Notes under the pieces: model-generated
The model's input: only the letters and a program-made list of their open reading frames with translations
Database searches by the model: none
What the model was told of the DNA's origin: nothing
Made by a program: the position numbers and the translations under genes
Shown here: positions 51,932 to 64,000 of the stretch, in pieces
How positions within the stretch are numbered: the first letter of the stretch is position 1
Layout: each line of letters begins with the position of its first letter
NCBI GenBank assembly: GCA_951406725.2
Contig: OX597815.1
Location: 142,848,001 to 142,912,000, forward strand
Length of the DNA stretch: 64,000 nucleotides
DNA from: Octopus vulgaris
Lineage: Eukaryota
Reading direction: 5' to 3'

Positions 51932-53580
51932 AGGGCGTTGGTGTTGCAGACTAACAACTTGTTTGTTTGGGTTCTGAGGTTCGTCATTCTTGACCACGCT
52001 TTTGGATTGTTGTTGCATGCTGAAGGCTTTCTCTTCGAGACTGTCCGTTGTTGAAGAATTTGTTGTGTATCACTGTTGAAGATTATCGTTGAGCGACTCG
52101 CGCGTGAGTTTTTTGCTGTTTTCTTCTCATTGTGAGGATGAAAAGTTCGTTTTTCAATATGGAAAACGGTGATTTCTACGCAAAAATCGCTGCAGTAGGA
52201 GCAGCTCTGTCGTTGGACCTAAAACAGATAATAGTGAATAAGGAGGAAATATGAAGGAGTGAACAATATATACGAAAGGAGAGAGACACAATAAAGCTAG
52301 TACCTCCAGCAGAAACGGCCGAGGATAAGAGTGATAGGACGGTGGTGTACCGCACGCAAGCGGTCGCCACCAATAAAACTGAGAATCTATGGAAGGGTGA
52401 CGTGGAGGCACGTTTGGAATCCCTTTTGAAAACGGCAACTTACGTTAGCCGATGAAAAAATATGATACGGTGGTAATGAGGTTTGCGAAAAAGAAGAGGT
52501 TGCCTCACATTCCATACTATTTTATGCAGTGAAAAGATGACGCTATTGCCCACATACATGGGGAAGACAAAGTGTACGCATTCGCATTGGAAGGGTGCCA
52601 CCAGAAATAAAGCCAGAGTGGTTGGTAGCAGCTGTTATGGCTACCACCGAGGAGTATTTCGAAATAGTGTCAGTGGGAAAAGCGATCAAGTTGAACTGGT
52701 GGAGGCACGGGGTCGAGATGTGTCTTTTAGACACTTTCAAGGACATCGAAAGTGACCCCTACCAGATAGAGATTCCGGGATTGTTGAGGGACGAAGACCA
52801 AATTGCTATGAGTGTGGAATAAGAAACCATATGAAGACGCAGTGCCCCAAGTACAAGCATCCTCAGAATGAGAAAGCTGTGGAGAGTGACCTAGAAGCAG
52901 TTGAGACCAAAGTACCAAGTGACACAATAACGGACGGAGACAGCAAACGTGGTATGGAGTGCTCCATGGATACGGAAGAGGTGGAGTCAAAGAAAGGCAG
53001 AACGAAAGCGACAAGTAAGGGGAGTGACGGGTTTGTCATCCCCAAAAAGAGGAAAAAGGTGACAACAAAGGTAAACTCTGAAAGACCAGCAGCCGAACCG
53101 GATAAGACGCTCTAAGAAGGTAAGGAACTGCCTATATTTAAAAACATGCAGACGATTGAAACAGGACAAAAGGAGTGGGAATCGGCAGAAGGGACTGAAA
53201 CAGCAGGTTTTGAAAAATAAGGCATTTGTAGTTTACTACGGTAAGAATGTGGACGTGGAAAAGAGGATTTGCAAGTGGAAGGGTTTAATAAGGAGGAAAC
53301 TACCCATGGAGGATTTCACGGATGGATAAAAGTGTGTATTATTGAACGAAGACAGATACAACACGTTTATAAAAACATGCAAAGTATATAATTTCAATTG
53401 GCGGACCGATGGGGTTTGATACCTTCCCACCGATTATTCAACATAAACTCTTGAAGATTTTAAAATATTGTAAAATATGAATATTTAAAAATGTAGATGT
53501 GAACCTTTAAAAGGAAAAAAAAAACTGTTCAGAAAATAACGTCTAAATGCAACCACTCGACTTCGGGAGTCGAGTGGGCT
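51932..53580 (+). mobile_element. Unit 6 (subfamily B)
   Basis: ATG 52159 MENGDFYAKIAA; VPPEIKPEWLVAAV; knuckle CYECGIRNHMKTQC at 52804-52845; terminal hairpin 53553-53577. Confidence 0.8.
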
Positions 53581-53784
53581 TAGCAGCATTTCACCCGTCG
53601 CTAAGTTCTGAGTTCAAATTCCACCGAGGTCAACTTTCCCTTTCATCATTTCGGGGGCGTTAAAAAAAAGTACTAGCTGAACACCGGCTTCAGTGTAATC
53701 GATTCATCCTCTCCCCCAAAACTGCTGCCCTTGTGGAAAAATTTGAAGCCATTATAATTATTATTTATTTATTATTATTATTAT

Positions 53785-53840
<56 letters not shown>

Positions 53841-54068
53841 TCTTATTGTTTGGGCGGCGAGATGATAGAATCGTTAGCATGCCGGAAAAAATGCTTCGCG
53901 TTATTTCGTCCGTCTTTACGTACTGAGTTCATATTCTACCAAGGTCTCTTTTGCCTTTCATCTTTTCGGGGTCGAGGAAAAGGTACCAGTCGACTGGTAT
54001 CGACTGGAGCCGATATAATCGACTATTCCCCTGCCCCAATTTCAGGCATTGTGCCTATAGTAGAAATG
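53578..54068 (+). mobile_element. Two SINE family A copies separated by (ATT)n(AGT)n
   Basis: Core motifs at 53578-53752 and 53853-54068. Confidence 0.8.
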
Positions 54069-54315
54069 ACTATTATAATAATTATTATTAGCATCAGATG
54101 ATGAATTCAAATTTTGGCTCAAAGACAGCAATTTTAAAAAGTAGATATGACTAAGAAATCGAAACCGGGGCTCATATAGCTCCAGTCGATTGAGAAAAGC
54201 AAAGTCGATCTCGGTGGAATCTGAACTAAATTTGTGTATCATTTCAAGTAAACGACATAAAATATCCACTCGAAATACTTGTCTCTTAGAGCATGTATGC
54301 ATTTTTAACAGCGAT

Positions 54316-54580
54316 GTCTGCAGAACCACGGCCATCTATCTCCGACGAAATAAGGGAACCGAAAGAGAAAATATATTGGGCTGTCTGAAGATAACTTCAG
54401 AATTACGCCAACCACCAGTCTTCTTTCCAGCACGTAGACAAGAAGAAAAGTTCAAAACTTGAAGCACAAAGCTATAACTGTAACCTTCAGAACAGCAATA
54501 TATCACAACCATCAAGTGGAGCATCATTACGAGATTTATGCCATACATTAACGAGTCAAAAAACTGCTGGCATTGTAGCT
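54316..54580 (+). mobile_element. Penelope-like GIY-YIG endonuclease fragment (frameshifted)
   Basis: Stitched translation CRTTAIYL..RKYIGLSEDNF/YANHQSSFQHVDKKKSSKL/TIKWSIITRFMPYINESKNCWHC. Confidence 0.75.
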
Positions 54581-57159
54581 GTGCCTGTTTCGTTGATTTA
54601 CAGTGGTGTCTGGGACTAGATTATCAAATATATTCTTTCTTTATATAAGATAGCAAATATGTGATCTGAGATCGACTTAGCTGTTATTTTTATCAGGATA
54701 TATTATGTAGAATTCTCTCTCCTAAAACAGTAGAGATGAATTTAGAGAATTTTGGCTGCTGCTATTTCTAGTATTTCTATCACTTCTTTAAGTGATTTAG
54801 AAAAGCACAATAAAATCTACATTATACCATTGCTTTGATTATAGTGGAATGAATAGAAATTATGGGAAAATATATCACCCACGTACAAAAGAGAAGCAAC
54901 CTGACCCATCACCATATTTGGTTTGCTCTAATTTGATTCTATGCTGAAGTATACTAAAATTGTTATCATCCAACACCGATAAAATCAGTAAGATACTGAT
55001 TGAACGAACTTATGGCCATCATGGAAGTCATTTTATCAACCCAGAATAAAAATAAAAAGGAAGATCTACTGTAATTACAAAAATGACTCGAGCTTTCTAC
55101 AAAATGTGTGACTTTCATCCAGTACAAGAAATCATTAGTGTTGTTACCGTTGTTGTTGTTGTTGTTTTGCTCCACCTACTGATCGTTATTTCGTTTTGGT
55201 GCGTTTATTTTATCGACTATACCTCTTTTCTAGTAAAACGAAATCAATACCAACAACAACTGTAGCAACAACAACAAACAGTGGTAAATACTATCATCAA
55301 ATGGTGCTGCATCATAAATATAAATTAACATCATGAAAACAAGAGTTAAACTAGAAAACAAAAACATTGTCGAAAACCTTGATAAAACCACAATTAGAAT
55401 AGTTCTCAAGTAAAAATCTTGTCAGTATTAGTAATATTTACACTTGTTAACGTCTAGTGACGAAGTATAAACACAGAGTTTCTGACTCGTTAACGAAGCA
55501 CAGATTAAATCATCTCAAAACATTAACTTCAAATATATGACTGAGTTGAAAGAATTGAAAGTAAAAAACTATTATTGAAGCTAAGGTTAAAAGGTTGATT
55601 TGTATTTCATATAAAGCCGTCTGAGGTTGGCTGTATAGTACGTCGTGGGTATGCAATTACTTAATGTTTCACCACAACTGTAACCCCCACTTCTTATTTT
55701 AGTCTTCCCAGACTAATATTGTTTTCAAAACGACATAAATATGAAACACATATATTTATTTGAGGGAAAAACACAGATGTATCTGTAGGAAATGTCATAT
55801 TTAGACTCCAACAAGTGAAACAATGTAAACAGAAACACTATTTAAATTATAAAATGCATCAGACGTAGAAATAGTATAATTATAATAACAAACAAGAACC
55901 AAATAGTAAAAAAAAAATGGAGAAGGGAAAGCTTCATACCACATCATATTGTATAGGAAAGATAAAAGTTAAAAACAGAATTATAAACATAGCAATATCT
56001 AAAGTAAGCAAAATCGGCAAAACACTGAAACTATGCTAGGAAAAAAAAAAAAAACGAACCTTAACACACTTTCACTATTCTGAGAAAGCAAAGCTGATTC
56101 ATAGTTTCAACAGCATTGACAAAATTCTCATTTCATATAGTAATATAATGGAGAAAAAGAGATAAAAGACCAAAACTCTTTAGCAACCATAATTCTCATG
56201 ACTCAAAAAAAAATAGCAATAAAGCGAATACAATATCATAGTTCTCTGTCTGTAGCCTATAGAGAATTCACAGCTATTTTTGCACACATACTGAGTAAGA
56301 ATAAATCAATATGTTACCAGAAACGGGGATTAACATAAATGGTCGAACAAAGGAATGAATACTGTACAGCATATTTCTCGAGTTCAAATCGCAGCGCGGC
56401 TTAAATTGCCTTTCACTTCTCCGAAGTCGATTCTGTTTGCTGTTGTCCCCTACTTTTGAGGTATGTCCTTTTAGCAATGTTAAAAATCCAGATAGCAGGA
56501 CAGAAATGATATTTTTAGCAGGAAAATGCTTTGATAGTTAAAAATGGCACACAAACAAGAAAATCCTGCCAGACAGATAACAAGATTTCTTGTAGAGGTT
56601 CTCATTCTATGACATTTGTGTGTGTATAGGAGAAACACTGTCCATGTATGCGTGCTGCATACAAATGACTATAACTGATACTCTAAAGTCCTGAACATAG
56701 ATGCATATTTTAACATGTAGGAAGGAAATGAAACATTTATTGATTGGATCTGGAAAAATACATAGCGTGGGTATGAAAATGAAATTCCATTCTAACATAT
56801 AAGCGTCAAGATATTAGAGAACTGAAACAATTGTATATTTTGGGCAGAAATTCCTCTAGGGTGTAAAAAATAATCCGACTAAATTAAACTGTACCTTATC
56901 TAAAGCTCCACAGTGTAGGTAATGTACAAGGGATGAACTAAAAATGTTGACGATATGTATCAGAAAGTGAAGGTGTTATTCTACATTTCTGTGTCAAGGG
57001 AATATAACTAATATCCATTATATAGCACTCAAGTTTATGAAAAATAGTATACCTTTACAAGCAAACAATTGTAAGTGCAGCAGGAACGCTATGACAACAG
57101 CGGCATATAAGCAACAGCAGTAGGAGGAGGAGGAGGAGGAGGAGGGGGAACAATTATAA

Positions 57160-58760
57160 TGTTGGTTACAAATTTTGGCTCAATGTCAGCAATTTCGGGG
57201 AAGGAATAAGTCGATTTCATTGATTCCAGTGTTTAACTGGTATCTATTTTATCGACACCGAAAGGGTGAAAGGCAAATGGCATTTGAACTCAGACCGTAA
57301 AGACGGACGAAATGCCGCTAAGTATTTTGCCTGACGTGCTTACTGTTCTGATAGTTCACAACCTTAGTAACAATAATGATGTTTTCAAATTTTGGCCGGT
57401 AGTTTTGTGGTAGGGATAAGTCGATAAGTAGTTTTGTGGTAAGGATAAGTCGATCGATATCAACGATCAACAGGTAAAAGGGTAAAGTCGACCTCGGCGG
57501 TATTTGAGCTCTGAACGTAAGGGCAGACGAAATGCGGCTAAGCATTTTGCATGGTGTGCTAACGATTCTGCCAGTTCGCCGCCTTACTAAAAATAATAAT
57601 GTTTCAAACTTTGCCACAAGGACAACGATTCTGGGGGAGGCGATATGTCATTTACATCGACCCTTGTGTTCAACTAGTATTTATTTTATTGACTCCGAAA
57701 GGATGAAAGCAATGTCGACCTCGGGGGAATTTGAACTCAGAATGTAACGATTGACGAAAACATTTCGTCCAGCGGGCAAACGATTCTGCCAGCTTGCCAC
57801 CTTAGTAGTAATCATTTCTATTATAGGCACAAGGCCTGAAATTTGGAGGAGGGGGATAGTCGATTACATCGACCCCAGTACTCAACTGGTACTTACTTTA
57901 TCAACACCGACAGGATGAACGGTAAATCCGACCTCGCCGGAATTTGAACTCAGAACGTAGCGACGGGCGAAATACCACTAAGCAATTCGTCGGCTCGCCG
58001 CCTTAGTAATAATAATTGTAATGTTAGCCAACAGTATAGACTGATCATAATAATAGTAGCTAACAGTATAAATTGGTTGTAATTCTAGACTTAGACACAG
58101 TAAAAAAAAAGCACATTTATATTGACACTGAACGATATGAAATTAATAGTAATAATGGTTTTTATGTGTTGGCACAAGGTCAGCAGTTTTAGGGCGAGGA
58201 GGCATTTCGATTACATAGACTCCAGTATTCGAGTTATACTTTATTTTATCTACAAAATGGTAAACGGTAAAACTGACATCAGCGGAGTTTGAACGGCTGC
58301 AAAGAATGCTAAAGCATTGTGTGAGATGCTAACGGTTTTCCCAGGTCGTCATATTAATAACTCAAATTCATTTTACATTGGTACACGCCCTCAGTACTCA
58401 ACTGGTAATTCTTTTATCAACGGTCTAAGTATGAGAGGCAGAGGAGACCTCAGCAGAATTTGCACGTAGAGTGTAATGAGCCGTAACAGTAATCTTTAAA
58501 GGAAAGAGTAAGTTTGTTATATCGTACACAGTTTCAACTGAGGCTTATTTTCTGGCCTCCTGAAGGGTAAAACGTGGCATGTGAGCTAAGAACAGGAGTA
58601 ATGTTGCTAATCATTTTGTCCGGCATGATAACGATCCTGCCACGCCACTACATGAACAGTAATCTTTTCCGCGATAAGTACAATGCCTCAGATTTTGTGA
58701 CAAGGGGCAAGTCGATGACATTGGCCCTAGTTCTCAACTAGCATTTATTTCATCGATCCC
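57160..58760 (-). mobile_element. Head-to-tail array of about 7-8 SINE family A copies
   Basis: Repeated gtcgat..cat.gac.ccagt..caactgg, tttgaactcaga and gattctgcc motifs at ~200 bp spacing, separated by (TAA)n. Confidence 0.8.
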
Positions 58761-58782
58761 GATATGATGATGATGATGATAT

Positions 58783-59293
58783 CTTAACTGATTAGAAGTG
58801 TTATCATGTATATTGTTTTGTCTTAGTATAAAAGATGGGCTACAGCAAATATTCTGCTCAATACCACAAATTTGCTTGTCAGTTTTTTTACCTTAACCAG
58901 TTGAGCAAGTGCGTTGTTGGCTGATGATATGTGCGCGATATGATCACGAGCAGAAGTAGTGGGGGAGCATCATAACCGTATGTTGAGAGGGATTCTTTGA
59001 GGTTTGAATAATTCACCTCTGGAAACATGGGTGTTTCATTCAAAATCCTTAAGCAACCCTTATTCAAGGACCATTTAAGCGGGATGGGCTACTGACATGA
59101 AGAAAATTCTAAATAGGCCCCACCTGCAAGGTCATGGGCTGCTTATCTCGATATAAGATTACCATATCGCGAACATATGGTTGAAATGCGTGTGCCTGAT
59201 AGACACTAGTCAGATGGGTAATTATGATGGGTATACATGGCTTTGTATATTTTACCCCAGCGTCATTTGATGGCATGCACTGCTCTCTCATTC

Positions 59294-59320
<27 letters not shown>
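58783..59320 (+). mobile_element. Interspersed repeat ending in (TAA)n, probable retroelement 3' end
   Basis: GC-richer block terminating in a trinucleotide tail; no internal copy for comparison. Confidence 0.35.
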
Positions 59321-59324
<4 letters not shown>

Positions 59325-59697
59325 GTGATTTTGTAATGGTCGTGGTAGTGTTGGGGTTATTGGTATTTTTGTTATCAGCGGTGGTGGTGGTGGTGGTGAT
59401 TGTAGCGGCGGCGGCGTTGGTGCCGTTAGTGGGAGAGGAGTGATTATATTGCTTATTCTGCTTATTTTCTATTTCTTGACCCATTGTTATATTTTCCCTT
59501 CGTTTTATCTGAAACCCTGCCGTCATATCCCAACAAAAACTTAATGAAATTGGAAAATACCCCGCTGATTTCTCTTATAACTCATCGTTTCACTAAACAA
59601 CTGTTATTACTATATTAGCTGTATAATGTACACGTTTTGGGGTCCTTTTTGTATCAATGTATGCATGCGTGTGTATATGTATGAGTGTGTGTGTGTA

Positions 59698-59735
<38 letters not shown>

Positions 59736-60145
59736 TGTGTGTGTGTGTGTGTTTGCACGTGCGCGCAAGAACCATATTCTTTCCATACACAAAACTGGTT
59801 TAAAGCGAATGGTTAAGAAAAATATGCAGCTCGCTTCATTATCGTAGCAGCAATGCAATATTCATTGTGTTAATGCTTTCCATTATATACCAGTCAGAGA
59901 ATGGCAATTGGTTACATTAAGAACATTCTTTAACTGTTATACGTCAATAGGCATAGATTTGGCTACTTTCTTTTACGGAGTCTTTAATAGAACTTCTGCT
60001 GGGCTGCTTCTATTTTAGGTCGATGGTCTTTCGTTACTGAGCAGAAATTAGTATGGCATTCATACGGCTATTATTTCCTAAGTCTTTACTCTCAATACTT
60101 TTATACACACACACATAGACGCATACACACAGATACACACAGGCA

Positions 60146-60184
<39 letters not shown>

Positions 60185-61401
60185 TTACATACGTACATAT
60201 ACACACGCATATACATACGCATGCGTATATATATATATATATACATATATATGTACATATATATGTATATATATATATATATATGTACATATACATACAT
60301 ATCTACACACATATGTATGTATGTACAGGCACAGACACATACACATAGAACGAGACGTGTATATATACATATATACACACACATACGCGTGCCCATATAC
60401 CTGTTTGTATACATGCATTTATATTACAATTGTTATCTTCCCCCTCTGCAATGTATATCACAATTCAGAGACTACCGAATGTAATGCTTTATTTTCATTT
60501 AGCTAGTCTTATTAAGCTGCGGTTTCGAAACCCGTCGAAGTTGACTTTGCCTTCTATATTACTAAGGTCAATAAAATATGTACCGGCGAATTATACTGTA
60601 AACAATCCCCAGTACCCACAGTGGAAATACGTGGTTTTATATTAAGGCAAGGAATGACTTTCGTTTCTTACTTTAATTTATGTTTTACACATTATTTGAT
60701 GTCTTGGCCTTTAGTGGCACATGGCCATTTAAGTGACACAGAATATACTTTCGCTACTGTCTGTTTCTTCAACAGTTACATACATAAGACCCTTACAATT
60801 TCGCGTCCTTAATCGTTGCGACTGTTTGCTTACGGTGGCGCCAGTATTAAAAAGCAACTTGGAATAGCTAATGAACATACACGACAAAGACGAAAGCAAA
60901 CACGACAAAATAAAATAATTATGATAATTATACATATACAACAAAAGGACCGTACGGCTGCCAGACAAACGAATATTGCTAGCGCAGAAGAAAATAAAAT
61001 GTCCTATAAGACTAGAGGTGAGAGGAGGGCAGATAGCAAGTCAGAACGAAAGAAGTAAATAAACCAAGTCGATCAGTCTTCTTTGCCCTCCTACACCTTT
61101 TTCTAAGATATCGTAGTATGTATAAACATATAAATACATATAGATGCATGTACGTGAATCTACATATACGTATATAATAATATAAATAGTCTGTATGTAT
61201 ATATATACATGCATATGTGGGTACAGGACATCAAAAAACGTTGAACACAATGAGAAACGAAAACATAAAAACAAAAACATAGAAACGAACTTTTTTTTCA
61301 AACAACGAGAAAACAGAGTACAAGACATTCAACACGAGGAATATTCCCCTTCTTCAGTTGTCCCTGTTTCGTCTACTCCGCGTTTCGAATATATATATAA
61401 C

Positions 61402-62245
61402 AATTTTAGAAATAGCAGCCAAAGGACTATTATTTCCTTTTTCTACAAAAAATGTCTTCGATTAATTATGGACGTACGTTTCTGGATTAGAATCATAAGA
61501 TTCATTTCCTTCATCGATATAATATTCCGATAAATAAATCTAGAAATGCTAGGAAAACTTACCCCTTATATTTCTGACCAAGCGTCATCAGAACATATAA
61601 AAGCTAATAAGCATATCCACATTTATATAGACGAGTGAATTCGTATTTCCCTCCAAATTTTTCTATCATGTGAGTTACAAAATAGTACTGCCGAAAAAAG
61701 ATTCGTAGTTTTGTCGTAGGGGAGTGAAATAATCATTACAAATATAGGGTGAAAGATAATTAATTTAATAAAATCAACAAATTTCACCTAGTAGTTTTCG
61801 GTATGGAAAAGGACCATATTTGGTGAAAACTTATACAAAAAGTTTTTTCATATATAATTATAACAATAAGGGTTTTGCAACAAGTTGCTTGACCACATAC
61901 CGAAAATTTTAGAAATAGCAGCCAAAGGACTACTATTTCCTTTTTCTACAAAAATATGTCTCCACAGACAACAGTATTTGTAACTCACACATGGCAAAAA
62001 AAAAAGAAGTAAATAATGAAATCAAAAGGTCTTCGATTAATTATGGACGTACGTTTGTGGATTAGAATCATAAGATTCATCTCCTTCATCGACATAATAT
62101 CTCGATAAATAAATCTAGAAATGCTAAGAAAACTTACCCCTTATATTTCTGACTAAAATTTCTAAATTTTTGGTATGTGGTCAAGTAACTTGTTGCAAAA
62201 GCCTTATTGTTATAATTATATATAAAAAAAACTTTTTGTATAAGT
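61402..62245 (-). mobile_element. Hammerhead-bearing tandem monomers (~575 bp spacing) with an inverted ~85 bp terminal copy
   Basis: 61402-61578 is repeated at 61905-62153; 61829-61916 is inverted at 62158-62245; hammerheads at 61466-61522 and 62041-62097. Confidence 0.75.
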
Positions 62246-62373
62246 ATGGTGCCTCAATTTATGTACCTAATTCAACGGAATCTTAATTATATTAAGAATT
62301 ACAGCGTGGAAGGGGTTTATAAGCCATTTAAAAACACAAAAACCGTTAGATTCACTTCAACGTTTAAATTTAA

Positions 62374-62424
62374 TTTGTCAAAATACTTTCGTGACTTCGA
62401 AACACAGACCTGTTCACTGACAAA
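62374..62424 (-). ncRNA. Hammerhead-like motif, G3-C8 core variant
   Basis: tttgtca GTGAACA g[stem II, partly decayed]c GAAA gtat TT tgacaaa; 7 bp stem I. Confidence 0.5.
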
Positions 62425-62486
62425 ATTCCGTGCTGCATCTGGGAAAGTAACAATTAGTTCAGAATGTATGCATGTATGTATATAGT

Positions 62487-62651
62487 CACAGGAGTGGCTG
62501 TGTAGTAAGAAGCTTCTTTCCCAACAACATGGTTCCGGGTTAAGTCCCACTGCGTGGCACCTTTAGCAACTGCCATCTACTATAGCGGCGGGCCAACCAA
62601 ACCCTTGTGAGTGGATTTCGTAGACGGAAACTGAAAGAAGCCCATCGTGCG

Positions 62652-62683
<32 letters not shown>

Positions 62684-63154
62684 ACGGGAAGCTTTATGAA
62701 AATAAACAAAAGACGAAGGCAGGTGGAAAACAAACGAACAATTGTATTAGTATGGCGCTCAGGAAATATAAATAAAACAAGTCTTTAACGTTTCGAGCCT
62801 ACGCTCTTCAACAGAAAGATACACAGAGAGAAAAACACAGAAAGAAGGAGAGAAAAAAATGCGTGCAGTAGCTAACGAATCAACATGGCGATCTGATTTC
62901 GGCCAGAGGTCAAAGATCAAACATGAGACGCGAGAGCGAAATAAGGGGAGATAATAGGGTTGATAAATGGGTTGAGGGACCAGCTAAAAGTGCGTGGGAG
63001 GGGTCTGGATGTGTGTATGTATAGGATTGGTGTATGTATTAGTATGTATAATGGTGTGTGTGTGTGTGTGTGTGTGTATGAGAGAGTATTAGTGCGTAAG
63101 ATTGGTCTGGACGTGCGTATGTATGGGGTTGGTGTATGTATTAGTATGTATTAG

Positions 63155-63193
<39 letters not shown>

Positions 63194-63390
63194 GTGTGTC
63201 TGTTTATTACCCCACCATCGCTTGAAACCGATGTTGGTGGGTTTACGTCCACGTAACTTAGCAGTTTGGCAAAAGAGACTGATAGAATAAGCACTAGGCT
63301 TACAAAGAATAAGTCCTGGGGTCGATTTGTTCGACAAAAGGCGGAGCTCCAGCATGGCTACAGTCAAATGACTGAAACAAGTAAAAGAAT
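62487..63390 (+). mobile_element. SINE family B split by a Penelope pseudo-LTR-like insert (~62683-63160)
   Basis: Head 62487-62650, tail 63190-63390. Confidence 0.78.
62782..62819 (-). ncRNA. Minimal hammerhead-like motif
   Basis: tcttt CTGTTGA a gagc-gtag-gctc GAAA cgt TA aaga; A6U deviation. Confidence 0.5.
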
Positions 63391-63495
63391 ATATATATAT
63401 ATTATTCATATATGCATGAAGAGAGAGGGGCAATTGAGAAAGCTGTATATGTATATATCTACATATATGCGTATATATACTTATATGTATATATT

Positions 63496-63646
<151 letters not shown>

Positions 63647-64000
63647 TTCCATTTAATGTTATTGTTAGTTCATACATTATATTATATTTTCAATATGTTA
63701 TGAATAATTTGCCTGGAAAAAGTTCAAGCTGAAATATTATTACTCAAATACAATTACAAATATACGCGTGAAAAATATCATATGCGTATTTTTCTCAGTT
63801 TGAAAGTTGAGATGATAACCAATCCCTAACCTGAGGATATTTCAACAGCTCTGTATCTAGGAACCATATCTTCTTGATATCATACATCGTAATTCTACAA
63901 CTATACCATCCTGATAAATTATCATGTACGAATGACTATAATACGTATTATCTCCATCTCATCGGACGTGGTAAGCTTAACAGGACAACGAGTACATTAT

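Noticed and set aside
57160-58760. CRISPR-like periodicity
   Set aside because: Units are ~200 bp SINE copies in eukaryotic DNA, with no unique spacers or cas genes.

Overview
AT-rich, microsatellite-dense animal genomic DNA with no recognisable intact host gene. The repeat content (tRNA-derived SINEs, long (TA)n/(TAGA)n tracts) suggests a coleoid cephalopod such as Octopus, which is an inference. The window is almost entirely repeat relics: three SINE families, CR1-like and R4/Dong-like LINE fragments, a Tc1/mariner relic, Gypsy and Penelope fragments, a Helentron-type 5' end and MITE-like inverted repeats. Three things stand out. (1) A 7.8 kb same-strand head-to-tail array of about six degenerate gag/ORF1-only units with CCHC knuckles and no reverse transcriptase (45.7-53.6 kb); their 3' tail is shared with a local SINE subfamily, and a divergent relative lies at 20.5-21.3 kb. 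(2) About a dozen type I hammerhead-ribozyme motifs in Penelope/retrozyme-like repeats, including ~560-575 bp tandem monomers with a conserved stem II internal loop, and cores with compensatory U3-A8 and G3-C8 pairs. (3) A heavily decayed, colinear 28S-ITS2-5.8S rDNA relic on the minus strand (3.8-7.15 kb). All alignments and folds were done by eye, so boundaries are approximate.
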